A DNA stretch of 64,000 nucleotides from an uncultured bacterium. Its GTDB lineage: Bacteria; Chloroflexota; UBA5177; JANWHV01. Shown here one piece after another: positions 50,606 through 62,514 of the stretch (the first letter of the stretch is position 1; each line of letters opens with the position of its first letter). The stretch is from contig CAVSOU010000010.1 in NCBI GenBank assembly GCA_963729625.1, forward strand, positions 1,328,719-1,392,718, read 5' to 3'. The notes beneath the pieces were generated by a model. It was given only the letters and a program-made list of their open reading frames with translations. It did no database searches and was not told where the DNA came from. The position numbers were made by a program, and so were the translations under genes.

Positions 50606-50816
50606 TGGGTCAAGTGCGTTGCTCATAGCCATTGCCGCGGCGCCTAAGACCCAGGCATCACCCACTCTTGTGGGTTCCCGGCCCGGGTACCCGCTCGGGG
50701 GTGCGCAGCACACCGCAGCGGGTCAAGTCCTCACGTGCTGAGCTAACTGTGACCTTCAGGCCGCCCAGAGTCTCGCGCTCCGCGAAAAGCCATAAACGTG
50801 AAAAGTGACCCGCTGG
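50602..50816. mobile_element. MITE-like element, copy 3 (composite of two related units)
   Basis: Starts TAGTGGGTCAAGTGCGTTGCTCATAGCCATTGCC; second unit 50716..50815 bounded by perfect CAGCGGGTCA/TGACCCGCTG. Confidence 0.6.
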
Positions 50817-50903
50817 TAGTTTGGGCGCGGCCCGCGCGACTTCGCTCCGGCGAAGCGTGCGTTGCCTCGGGGGCGGTATGCTTGGATAGAGGGAGCAAGC
50901 TTC

Positions 50904-53817
50904 ATGCAGGAGCAGGTGTCCGCGCTGATCACGATGCTCTATACGGACATCGAGGGCAGCACCCATCGGTGGCAGCGTTTTCCCCAGATCATGCATGCCG
51001 TGCTGGCTCGGCACGATGCCATCCTGCAGACCGCCATCTCGCAGCATCGGGGGAAAATCGTTGTCACCACCGGAGACGGCGTGCTGGCCGTGTTCACCTC
51101 CGCCCGCGATGCCGTGCAGGCCGCGCTGGCCGCACAACGCGCCCTGGACGCCGCGGATTGGGCAGACGTTGATGACCTCAAGGTGCGGATGGGCTTGCAC
51201 ACGGGCGAGGCTGTGGAGTCGCACGGAGACTATCACTCACCGGCGCTGAATCGGGGCGCTCGCCTGATGGCCGCAGGGCACGGCGGGCAGATCCTCTTGT
51301 CGGCGGCGACCTTCGAGCTGATACGGGACGACGTACCGGTGGGCGCGGTGCTGCGGGATCTGGGAGAGCACCGGCTCAAAGATCTGATCCGGCCTGAGCA
51401 CATCTTCCAGATCGCGGCGGAGGATGACCATCGGGAGTTTGCGCCACTGAAGACCCTGGACCACCATCCCAACAACCTTCCCATGCAGGCGACGCCGTTG
51501 ATCGGCCGCGAGACACAGGCCGCAAACCTGCAGGCGCTGCTGCGCCGCGCTGATGTACGGCTGGTGACGCTGACCGGGGTGGGCGGCGTGGGCAAGACGC
51601 GCCTGAGCCTCCAGGTGGCGGCAGAGCTGCTGGAGGAGTATCCCGACGGGGTGTACTTCGTGGCACTGGGGTCGCTTGACGCCGCGCAGCTCGTGCTGCC
51701 GGCAGTTGCCCTGGCGCTCGGCGTCAAAGAGAGCGGCGACCAGTCATTGCGCGACCGCGTCGCGGCGTTCGTGCGGAACAAGCAGCTGCTCCTCGTGCTG
51801 GATAACTTCGAGCACGTGCTGGCAGCCGCTCCCGTCGTGACGGAGCTGCTGCAGGCGGCGGCACGGCTGAAGGTACTCGTCTCCAGCCGGATCGTGCTGC
51901 ATTTGTACGGGGAGCGGGAGTACCCGGTACCGTCCCTGGAGCTGCCGGCGCCGCAGAAGCTTCCGGCCAGCCTTGAGACTGTGTCCCAATGTGCGGCGGT
52001 GAGCTTGTTCATTGCCAGAGCTCAGCTGGTGAAGCCGGACTTCGCGGTGACCAATGAGACAGCGCCGGCGGTGGCGGAGATCTGTTCACGGCTCGACGGG
52101 CTGCCGCTGGCCATTGAGCTGGCGGCCGCGCGAGTCAAGATGTTGCCGCCTCAGGCCCTGCTGGCGCGCCTCGAGAACCGCCTGAAAGTGCTGACCGGTG
52201 GAGCGCGGGATCTGCCGGCACGGCAACAGACCATCCGTGGCGCCATTGACTGGAGCTACAACCTGCTCGATGAGTGTGAGAAGGATCTGTTTGCCCGCCT
52301 GAGTGTGTTTGCCGGCGGCTGGACGGTGGAGGCAGCGGAGGCAGTCTGGGCGGCAGGGGAGATCCCTCACTGGAGCTGCTGGACGTCCTCTCGTCGCTCG
52401 TGGACAAGAGCCTGGTGCGGCAAGACGATCGCGGATCGGACAGCCAGCCGCGTTTCACTATGCTGCAGACCCTGCGAGAATACGCGACCGAGCGGCTGGT
52501 GGCGGGCGGAGCGCGGGACGATGCGCGCCGCGCACATGCCGGCTATTTTCTGGCCTTGCGTCGAGAAGGCCGAGCCGCAGCCGACTGGGAAGGAGCAGGT
52601 CGCATGGCTCGCGCGGCTCGAGGACGAGCACGACAACCTGCGGGCCGTGCTGCGCTGGGCACTGGAGAGCGGTGAGATCGCGCTTGGCCTGCGCACGGCC
52701 GGCATCGTGGGACATTTCTGGTGGCGACGTGGCTATCTCAGCGAAGGGCGCGGCTGGCTCGAGGCGCTCCTGGCCGCGGCGGGAACCGAGTATGATGCCG
52801 GGATGGCAAGCGCGCGCGCCGCGGCGCTCCAGCAGGCGGCTCGCCTTGCCGACGCCCAGGGCGACACCGCGCGGACCATGGCACTGGCGGAGGAAGGCCG
52901 GATCCTCTGCGGCGCTCTGGGAGACTCACGTGGTGCGGCAGGCTGCCTGAACTTGCTGGGCGGCGCGGCCAGGCGTACGGGCGACTATTCGCGGGCGACG
53001 GCGCTGCATGAGGAGAGCCTGGCCATCTGCCGAGCGCTTGGCGATCTCCGCGGCACGGCCACGTCGCTCAATAACCTGGGAATCGTCACTGCCGAACAGG
53101 GCAACTACCGGCGCGCCCTGGAGCTCTACGAGGAAAGCCTGACCTTGCGCCGGAAGCTCGGCGACACGTGGGGCATCGCCGTCTCACTGAACAACGTGGG
53201 TCTGGCGGCGCTGGACCAGGGCGAGTACGCGCGAGCTGCATCCCTCTATGCAGAGAGCCTGGCGCTGCTATCAGGAGCTGGGCGACAAATGGGGCATCGC
53301 CTACGCCCTGGGTAACCTGGGCGACGTGGCGACGCAGCAGGGCGACTACGCACGGGCGGAGGCCCTGCACGAGGAAAGCCTGGCCTTGCGTCGGGAGCTG
53401 GGAGATACATGGGGGATCGCCATCTCGCTCCTGAGCCTGGGCTGCCTGGCGGCCGACCAGCACGACTACGCACGGGCGGCAACGCTCGAGAAGGAGGCGC
53501 TGTCCCTGTACGGGGAATTGGGCGACAAGCGGTGGATCGCCGCGTGCCTCGAGGGCCTGGCAGCGGTAGCCGGTGTGCCCGGCAGCACACAAGAGGCGCT
53601 GCTTCACGCGGCGCGGCTCTTTGGGGTGGCCGCCGCGCTGCGCGAGGCGATCGGTGCACCGGTGGAACCGAACGAGCGGGAAGCCCACGAGCAAAGGGTG
53701 GCTTCCGTGCGCACGGCTATCGGCGAGGGAGCGTTCGTGGCTGCGTGGGCGGAAGGGCAGGCGTTGACCTTGGAGCGAGCCGTCCCCCTGGCGCTGGCCG
53801 CGCCATCTCCTGCCTGA
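50904..53817 (+). CDS. Class III cyclase-like + STAND NTPase + TPR protein, three apparent frameshifts (~52358, ~52559, ~53268)
   Basis: TDIEGST, GDG, RMGLHTG; GVGGVGKT, LLVLDNFEH, DGLPLAIELAA; LVDKSLV..RFTMLQTLREY in alternate frame; TPR repeats. Confidence 0.85.
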
Positions 53818-53898
53818 GCGGCGGGCGCGGCGTCGTAGTCGGACCATCCCCGCCATCCGGCGCCGCAGCGTGACGGCCGTGCGCGCCGACGCGAAGTC

Positions 53899-54597
53899 TC
53901 AGCCGCCTATGGGCGCCCCCCTCTCATGCTTTTTCAGCTTGGCGATTCGCAGCACAAGACTCAGGTTGTCGGCGTAGCCATCGTTGTAGCTGCCGAACTG
54001 GCGCGTCATGGTCAGAGTGACGGCAATCGACCGGGTACCGGGTGGCAAGCGGCCGGTCTTGGAGCGCCGCAACAACCCGGTGACGTCGTGACGGTCCTTT
54101 GGCGTCACGCCGCCGACGTTCACGCTCCCCAGCTGCGTGCCGCCGGCGTTCAAGAAGCGGAGAGCCATGGTGGCCGAATCACCCTGGTTGCCGAAGCCGC
54201 CAAAGTATCCCGAGACGGTGAACGACACGTCTCGGTCAATGTCTGCCGCGGCGGCGGACACATCGATGCTCTGGGTGGCCGTGGACGCAGCGACGTTCGG
54301 ACCGCCGGCAAACAAATTCTTGCCTCGCGATGACGGACCAGGCGAAGCGGGACCGGGAAGACCGCCGCTCGCCCCGTACTGGACCGCGGTGAAGCCGGCG
54401 CTTGCCTTCCAGCCAACCGGCGGCAGGACACTGGTGTCATCGTGGGCGCCCGGGCTGCTTTCCGCATCCCCATTGACGATCAGGTTGGTCCCAAGCACGC
54501 TCGGGGCAGCGCCGGCCTGACGCATGGCACCAGGAATCGCAAACGTCGGCATGGAAAGTAGGATCGCACAACTCAGGAGCAGTACAACACGTTTCAC
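53899..54597 (-). CDS. Secreted protein with a galactose-binding-like (jelly-roll) domain
   Basis: Signal peptide; NLIVNGDAE...QSID...SGYFGG...DGYADNLSL. Confidence 0.6.
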   Translation of the reverse strand: MKRVVLLLSCAILLSMPTFAIPGAMRQAGAAPSVLGTNLIVNGDAESSPGAHDDTSVLPPVGWKASAGFTAVQYGASGGLPGPASPGPSSRGKNLFAGGPNVAASTATQSIDVSAAAADIDRDVSFTVSGYFGGFGNQGDSATMALRFLNAGGTQLGSVNVGGVTPKDRHDVTGLLRRSKTGRLPPGTRSIAVTLTMTRQFGSYNDGYADNLSLVLRIAKLKKHERGAPIGG

Positions 54598-54711
54598 TGG
54601 ACTCCGTCCTTCCTGCCGCGCTCCACCAAGAGGAATACTGCACGGTTTTTGGGCATGCATGTGAATGCCTGCCCCTTACGTCCAGCTTGCCTGAAGGACA
54701 GAATACGCGTA

Positions 54712-55359
54712 CTACTCCGGTATTGAGGGCGAACCTGGCAAAGTAATGGGCAGGGCGAAGAAGATGGCGAGGGCAATGCAGAGCGCCAGGCTTGCCTCGG
54801 CGCTGACCAACGCCAAACCCATAGCTACCACGTACATGAGCGGGCCAAAGGCGACCTGGCGAGTGACGTTGCGGATAGTCATATCATCCGTACCGGCGTC
54901 GAGCAGGCGCCTGCGGCGCGAGGCATAGAGCCACATAATGACAAACAGTGTGGCCATCATGAGGTACAGGCCGCTGTAGACTACCTGCGCCACCCGCTTG
55001 TCCGGTCGCTGGAGGTAAGTCGCCAGCAGGGACGTGCTGAATGGAATCGCCGCGACCACCATCAGCAGCAGGCCGTTGAGCACCAAGAACACGTGGTCGA
55101 TCCGTTGTACCAGGAGAAACATGTGATGGTGGTTTATCCACACGATCAGAATGCTGAGAAAGCTCAGCGCGTACGCCAGGTATGTCGGCCATTGGTTTAG
55201 CAGTGCCGAGGTGAGCCCTTGCCCGTCTACTTTGGCCACGGAGGGGACGGTGAGGTTGAAGGCGAGCAAGGTGACTACAATGGAGAGCACTCCGTCGCTA
55301 AATGCCTCCAAACGCGCGGTCTCCATTGTAGGTCTCTGTGATGTGACATCATCAGCCAT
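54712..55359 (-). CDS. TMEM175 (DUF1211) family K+ channel
   Basis: RLEAFSDGV.SI..TLL signature, WINHH; GGAGG RBS. Confidence 0.92.
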   Translation of the reverse strand: MADDVTSQRPTMETARLEAFSDGVLSIVVTLLAFNLTVPSVAKVDGQGLTSALLNQWPTYLAYALSFLSILIVWINHHHMFLLVQRIDHVFLVLNGLLLMVVAAIPFSTSLLATYLQRPDKRVAQVVYSGLYLMMATLFVIMWLYASRRRRLLDAGTDDMTIRNVTRQVAFGPLMYVVAMGLALVSAEASLALCIALAIFFALPITLPGSPSIPE

Positions 55360-55575
55360 GTACTACCTCCGCAGTCGGAAACTTCTTCTTCGGCTCGAAG
55401 CATAGCAGTTCCAGGATGGGCAAAGGAGTGGCTGACCGTCATCCTGGGCCAAGGTGCGTCAGTATCTCCATCTGGAGCTGATGCCGGCGCCGGTTGTCTG
55501 CGCGCCACGCGCAAGGTTGTTCTTCAGTTGCTTCCACGGCCACCGGTGGCGGAGCGTGATGGCGGTCCTCTCCGG

Positions 55576-56112
55576 CTAGAGGATCCACTCCCGCCGCGCG
55601 GCGAACTGGTGCAGAGCCAGCTCCTGAAGCTCGCTGCCTATGGCGCCGGGGCAGCGGGCGCGCACCTCGTGGACCGCAGCATCCGGGGACACGCCGCGAC
55701 GAATCAGATATGCGGCGAGCACCGTGCCGGTCCGTCCCTGGCCGGCCAGGCAGTGCACGGCCACAGACCGACTGAGCATCTGTTGCCGGTCGATGAAGCG
55801 CAGGGCGGTCATGAATTGCTCAGGAGTCGGAGCGTGGAGGTCCGGCACCGGCAAGGGCAGCATCGCCAGCCCGTGCGCGGCAACGATTGCTTCCGGGAGT
55901 GGCGTCTCGGTCAGTGACAGCACGGCACCCACGCCTTGCTGCGCCAGCCAGGTGAGGTCCTGGCTGAGTGTCTCGCCTCCCGCCCCGGCGACCGGCGGGC
56001 CGCCTCGGTATCCTCCGGGGCATGAGCAGCCGGCCAGCTCTCCCTCTACCAGCCAGTAGAATCGTAGCAGCAACAGTCTGGTCCTTTCCTCTGAAACCCT
56101 CTGATGACGCAC
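55576..56112 (-). CDS. Dual-specificity / tyrosine protein phosphatase
   Basis: VHCLAGQGRTG (CX5R), PVPD..AP; start uncertain. Confidence 0.88.
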   Translation of the reverse strand: MRHQRVSEERTRLLLLRFYWLVEGELAGCSCPGGYRGGPPVAGAGGETLSQDLTWLAQQGVGAVLSLTETPLPEAIVAAHGLAMLPLPVPDLHAPTPEQFMTALRFIDRQQMLSRSVAVHCLAGQGRTGTVLAAYLIRRGVSPDAAVHEVRARCPGAIGSELQELALHQFAARREWIL

Positions 56113-56326
56113 CGGTGAGAGAAGCGCAGAGTGCGTACCTTCACTCTACTTCGACGCTGTCGACATGCACACCAGTAGTTCGGCTAGGCACAGCACTGGT
56201 CAAAAGCAAAGGAGCGAGATGTGCTAATCCGGCCGCGACAGTGAAACAGCCCTGCAAGCAGACTTGACTATTGGGCCCGGTAACATACCCTAAGGAAGAG
56301 TCGGATTTCAGCAACCGGGGCGTGAG

Positions 56327-58345
56327 ATGCATATCGAGTTCAGCCGCAGCGAGCTGCAGACACTTGAGGCTGGTCTCAAGCGCGAATGGTTGCTGACCAA
56401 TGGAATTGGTGGCTACGCGTCCGGGACAGTCAACTGTGTCAATACGCGCCGGTACCATGGACTGCTTATCGCTGCGCTGCGGCCTCCGGTAGGGCGTGTC
56501 GCTCTGCTGCTCAGGCTGAATGAGGCCGTCACGATCGATGGGGTTACAACCGAGCTGACCGCAGCCGAATACAGCGACGGTACGGTGTTTCCCGGTGATC
56601 TCGAGCACCTCGAGTCGTTCAGGCTCGAGCACGGCTCACCCGTCTGGTCCTATGCCGTGTCCGGTCACCTCATCCGGCGAAAGATTTGGATGGTCCCCGG
56701 CCACAATACGACCATCGTGCGCTACAGGCTCGTGGTGGGTAGCAGCCCGGTCGACCTCGCCATCCGGCCCCTGTGTGCGTCTCGCGCCCACCACACGTTG
56801 CAGCGAGGAAGCGCGGACCAGCATTTCTCCGTCCTGCCGTTCCATTCCGGCGTTCGCGTGCAGGCCGGGCTGACCGCGGCCCCGCTCTGGCTCGCCTCGG
56901 CAGGCGCCTCATTTGTGCAGGGTGGCGACTGGTATTGGCATTTCTTGCTTCGCGAAGAGCGAATGCGCGGATATGACTACGTTGAGGACCTGTACCAGCC
57001 CGGAACGTTTCACGCCACGCTCGAGCCTGGCAGCTCGTTGATATTCATCGCGAGTGCCGAAGATCCCGTCGAAGGTCTGCCGGATCCGGATGTGGCGCTG
57101 ATGGCGGCTCGGAATTCGGGTACGCGAAGCCGCAGGAGCGAGCATAGGGTGCTGGGTGAAGGCGACACATGCCTTGCTGAGATTGAAGATGCGCTCACCG
57201 CAGCGGCGGATCGTTTCGTCGTACACCCGCCGTTTGCTTCTGGCGAAGAGGCACATACCACCAGCATCGCCGGCTTCCACTGGGGCGAAGACTGGGGCCG
57301 CGACGCGGCGGCCTCACTGCCCGGGCTACTGATTGCCACGGGCCGGATGCGTGATGCTGAGTCGCTGCTTCGCCATCTCGCGGCGCAGACCGATCGGGGC
57401 ATGATCCCTGGGAGCCACAGCGAGCTGGAGCGCGCCCCAATCTACGACTCGGCAGATGCCGTGTTCTGGTTCTTCCGGGCCCTGCGGCTGGCACTTGATG
57501 CCGGAGCCGACGAGCATATCCTGACCGATCTATATCCAGGGCTTGCGGAGGCTGTCGACTGGCATCTGCGCGGCACGCGCTTCGGCATCGGCACCGATCC
57601 CTCCGACGGGTTGCTCCGGGCCGGCCTGGCGGCACCGGGAACACCGCCGACGCGCCTTACCTGGATGAACGCGACCTTTCGCGACGTCGTGTATACGCCG
57701 CGTGTCGGAAAGCCCGTGGAGCTCAATGCCCTGTGGATCGATGCGCTCGACTCCATGGCAGCGTGGGCGCAGCGTTGCGGCGACGATCCGCGGCCATTCA
57801 AGGAACACGCGGATCGCGCGGCCCGCGCCTTCGCGCGACGGTTCTGGTTTCCAGACGGCGGCTACCTCTTTGACGTAGTGGACGGCCCAAATGGGGACGA
57901 TGCGAGCTTCCGTCCAAACCAACTGCTGGCTCTGGTAACACCCCGAAAGCTGGTGTCCGCGGCCCGCTGCCGGAGCGTGCTGCGGCACGTGAAAGAGGAT
58001 CTCCTCACGCCGTATGGCTTGCGCACGCTTTCTCCTACCGATCCACGATACAAGGGCACCTACTTCGGCGACCAGCCGAGTCGCGACCGCGCATACCATC
58101 AGGGAACCGTGTGGCCGTGGCTACTGGGACCGTATGCGGAGGCACTCCTGCGAACGGGGTCGGATCCGAAGGACGTGGGTGCGCTGCTGCTCCCATTCCA
58201 CGAGCATCTACGCAGCGCGGGTATCGGCAGCGTGAGTGAGGTGTTCAATGGCGACGCGCCGCATTACGCGAGCGGCTGCATTCATTACGCCTGGAGCGTC
58301 GCGGAGCTGCTTCGTAGCATCAGGTTGATCAATAAGACGCAGTAG
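56327..58345 (+). CDS. Amylo-alpha-1,6-glucosidase-like protein (GH133-type glycogen debranching enzyme)
   Basis: REWLLTNGIGGYASGT, TRRYHGLL, WGRD, RPNQ, YHQGTVWPWL, AWSVAE. Confidence 0.88.
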   Translation: MHIEFSRSELQTLEAGLKREWLLTNGIGGYASGTVNCVNTRRYHGLLIAALRPPVGRVALLLRLNEAVTIDGVTTELTAAEYSDGTVFPGDLEHLESFRLEHGSPVWSYAVSGHLIRRKIWMVPGHNTTIVRYRLVVGSSPVDLAIRPLCASRAHHTLQRGSADQHFSVLPFHSGVRVQAGLTAAPLWLASAGASFVQGGDWYWHFLLREERMRGYDYVEDLYQPGTFHATLEPGSSLIFIASAEDPVEGLPDPDVALMAARNSGTRSRRSEHRVLGEGDTCLAEIEDALTAAADRFVVHPPFASGEEAHTTSIAGFHWGEDWGRDAAASLPGLLIATGRMRDAESLLRHLAAQTDRGMIPGSHSELERAPIYDSADAVFWFFRALRLALDAGADEHILTDLYPGLAEAVDWHLRGTRFGIGTDPSDGLLRAGLAAPGTPPTRLTWMNATFRDVVYTPRVGKPVELNALWIDALDSMAAWAQRCGDDPRPFKEHADRAARAFARRFWFPDGGYLFDVVDGPNGDDASFRPNQLLALVTPRKLVSAARCRSVLRHVKEDLLTPYGLRTLSPTDPRYKGTYFGDQPSRDRAYHQGTVWPWLLGPYAEALLRTGSDPKDVGALLLPFHEHLRSAGIGSVSEVFNGDAPHYASGCIHYAWSVAELLRSIRLINKTQ

Positions 58346-58444
58346 GTCAAGACAGGCCGCGACAGCAGGAGTGTCAATTGCGGATTCCTGTGGTAGTAGC
58401 GCCCGGCCCTGACACAGCCAGTTCCACTCACTTCTATTCAGGCT

Positions 58445-58641
58445 GTGTGCCAGAACCACAGCGAGCGCACCCTGGCCGGCTGGGTCGACGAGCTGGCGGT
58501 GCCGCTCTATCGAGGACGTGAGGTGACGGGGTTCGCGCAGGACGACACCGGCGTCGACGGGGAACTGTCCGACGGCCCGTCCCCGCGGGCGGCTTATCTC
58601 GTCGGGTGCGCTGGCGGACGCAACCTGATCCGAAAAGCCGC
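58445..58641 (+). pseudogene. Internal fragment of an FAD-dependent monooxygenase (Rox/PheA-like)
   Basis: QNH.ER.L..W..EL.V...RGREVTGFAQDDTGV..ELSDG...RA.YLVGC.GGR..IRKAA. Confidence 0.7.
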
Positions 58642-58668
58642 CCGCAGAACGTACAAGGGAGGGAGTGG

Positions 58669-60203
<1,535 letters not shown>

Positions 60204-60399
60204 CGAGCCAGCCAGGCCGCTGCCGGCGGGACTTGTCCGCATTGAGTCGTGCGAGTCAATGTGGCACGGTACCTTGGGCGAACGGGGAGACCGAGCGTTA
60301 AGGTATAAGGTATGCACCTCCACCGTCTCGGACACGGCGCCGAGGCGACCGCTACCGTGCGAAAGCAGGTCGACGCGCACCGCCGCAGCTGTCTGACCG

Positions 60400-60687
60400 C
60401 TAATCGCGCACTTGGCCTTCGGCCAGTTGCCGCTGCAACGCCTCAATTTGATCGATCAGTCGCATGACGACTTCGAGTCCTGCCTGGTTGAGGCCCAAAT
60501 CGCGCTCAAGCCGCCGGATACGGCGTGCGCGCCGCACGTCCTCTGCGGTAAAGCGCCGAGGCGAGCCGGGACCCTCGGGCTCGCCGCTGGCTTCGATCAG
60601 GCCGGCTTGCAGGTAGCGCCGCATCTGGGATCGGGAGAGATCGAGTAACTCCCGTACAACGTCGACACGATAGTACATGAGCGGCAT
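60400..60687 (-). CDS. CbpM/HspR-like MerR-type chaperone modulator
   Basis: RARRIRRLERDLGLNQAG; start overlaps the J-protein stop. Confidence 0.8.
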   Translation of the reverse strand: MPLMYYRVDVVRELLDLSRSQMRRYLQAGLIEASGEPEGPGSPRRFTAEDVRRARRIRRLERDLGLNQAGLEVVMRLIDQIEALQRQLAEGQVRD

Positions 60688-61691
60688 CAGGCATGCTCTC
60701 CTGTCTTGCTGCGTCCGCGCAGCGTCGCCAGTGTGCCAAACAGGTTACGCTCCTCCTGGCTGAGGAGTACGGGCAGCACGACCTTCACGAGGATAAGCAG
60801 GTCGCCGGTGATTTCCGGATGCTTGAGATGGGGCATGCCCTGCCCCTTGAGCCGAATGACCTTCCCGTTCTGCGTTTCGGGGGGAATGCGCACCGCCAGC
60901 TTCGTGCCTTTGAGTGTTTCGACATGGATCTCGCCGCCGAGCATACAGGTGTAGAGATCCAGCAGCTCCTCACGGCGCAGGTCGTTGCCGTCGCGCTGGA
61001 ACCGCGAATTCGGCGCCACCGAGACGATCAGATAGAGGTCGCCGGACGGGCCTCCGCTCTGGCCCGCGCCTCCCTGCCCGCGGAGCTGAATACGCGACCC
61101 ATCACGCACACCTGGCGGAATGCGCGCTTCGATCGCGCGCACACCCCCTGAAGGATCGGTGAACTGCAGATGCCTCGCCGTGCCACGGAAAGCTTCCTCA
61201 AGGGTGACCTCCACTGCCGCCTGCGCGTCGGCGCCTTTCGCCGGCCTGCCGGAGGCACGTGTGTCGCCGAAGACCGACTCGAAGAAATCGGAGTACGGGC
61301 GCTCTTGGCCGAACAGGTCCCGCAGGTCCTCGGGGGACGCCTGTGTGCGGCCTCGTTCTGCGCGCGCGGACTGCCGGGAGCCGCTCTCGGCCCGGGCGGG
61401 TTCTGCAGTCGCCCGGGCGAATTCGGCAGGCGACGCGGCCCCTCCGGCCGCGCGATACTGCTCGTATTCCTTCCAGCGCGAACCGAGTGCGTCGTAGAGC
61501 ACGCGTTTGTTGCTATCCGACAGGACCTCATTCGCCTCGTTGATCTGCTTGAAGCGGGCCTCGGCGGCGTCGTTGCCAGGATTCACATCGGGATGATGCC
61601 GACGCGCCAGCTTTCTGAACGCAGACCGGATCTCTTTGTCCGTGGCCGTCTTGGCTACGCCCAGCACGGCATAGTAATCGCGAAACTCCAT
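60687..61691 (-). CDS. CbpA-like class B J-domain protein (no Zn finger)
   Basis: DYYAVLGV, HHPDVN, SDFFES.FG, LRGQG, GDLY. Confidence 0.92.
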   Translation of the reverse strand: MEFRDYYAVLGVAKTATDKEIRSAFRKLARRHHPDVNPGNDAAEARFKQINEANEVLSDSNKRVLYDALGSRWKEYEQYRAAGGAASPAEFARATAEPARAESGSRQSARAERGRTQASPEDLRDLFGQERPYSDFFESVFGDTRASGRPAKGADAQAAVEVTLEEAFRGTARHLQFTDPSGGVRAIEARIPPGVRDGSRIQLRGQGGAGQSGGPSGDLYLIVSVAPNSRFQRDGNDLRREELLDLYTCMLGGEIHVETLKGTKLAVRIPPETQNGKVIRLKGQGMPHLKHPEITGDLLILVKVVLPVLLSQEERNLFGTLATLRGRSKTGEHA

Positions 61692-61694
61692 GCG

Positions 61695-61994
61695 CTACAC
61701 TTCCTGGTACTCGCCCTCCACGGTGTTTTCGTCGTGCCCCGGCGCCCCGGCTTTGCCGCCAGTCCCACCGTGACCGCCGAAGCCTCCGCCATTGTGGCCC
61801 GAGCCGTTTGAGCCGTTGCCTGCGGCACTCGACTGGCCGTAGATCGCGGCGCCGACTCCCTGCAAGGCTTTCTTGAGCGCCTCAGACGTGGATGTGACGC
61901 GCTCAACGTCGTCGCTCTTCAGGGCAGCTTTGACGTCGCCGATGTGTCGCTCAATCTCGGACTTCAGCGTATCGCAAGTCTGCTCGCCCATCAC
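61695..61994 (-). pseudogene. dnaK: C-terminal remnant of dnaK
   Basis: Lid helix + Gly-rich tail ending DENTVEGEYQEV directly upstream of the J-protein gene; no ATPase domain upstream. Confidence 0.7.
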
Positions 61995-62514
61995 TGTAGC
62001 ATATGCTGGATAGATTCACGTTATCTGAAGAGCATCGACGCCGGCCATAGTCGAATTGGCATCCGCAGGCCGCAAAGGCTGGCTCGACGCCGATTGTGCG
62101 AATTCCATCATGGCGAGGCTCCCGGTCGACGCTCACAGTGAGAAGCCTTCAATCGCCGGGCACAGCACCTGGCCCAACGGCAAGGATTCCTGCCGCGGTT
62201 CCCGCTCCCGGTACTCGGTCATTGCCATCACCGGGAGAGGAGTGGCCGGCTGGGCGAGCTTCCCGCGATACATCGCCGCCTACGGCGTAGCCTTCGCCAG
62301 ATAGCCTCTTGACATCTCAACTTTGGCGCGCTCAGCATTGGGCTCCCGCTCCGCCGCCCCAGCATAACCCAAGAGAACCCTTCCTGGCGTCCCTTGCCGC
62401 CTACCGCGTTCATCAGATCTTTTCCTGGTGCACTGACTCAAGATAGGGTAACGTTAATTAGTACGATGGGCGTTTGACCTAGTCGCACCCCACTACGCGG
62501 GAGGAAGGTGGAGT

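Noticed and set aside
52350-52565. Programmed frameshifting or phase variation in the STAND gene
   Set aside because: No slippery heptamer or long tract; single-base indels are better explained by error or decay
52900-53540. ~120-bp imperfect repeats
   Set aside because: Ordinary TPR-coding repeats
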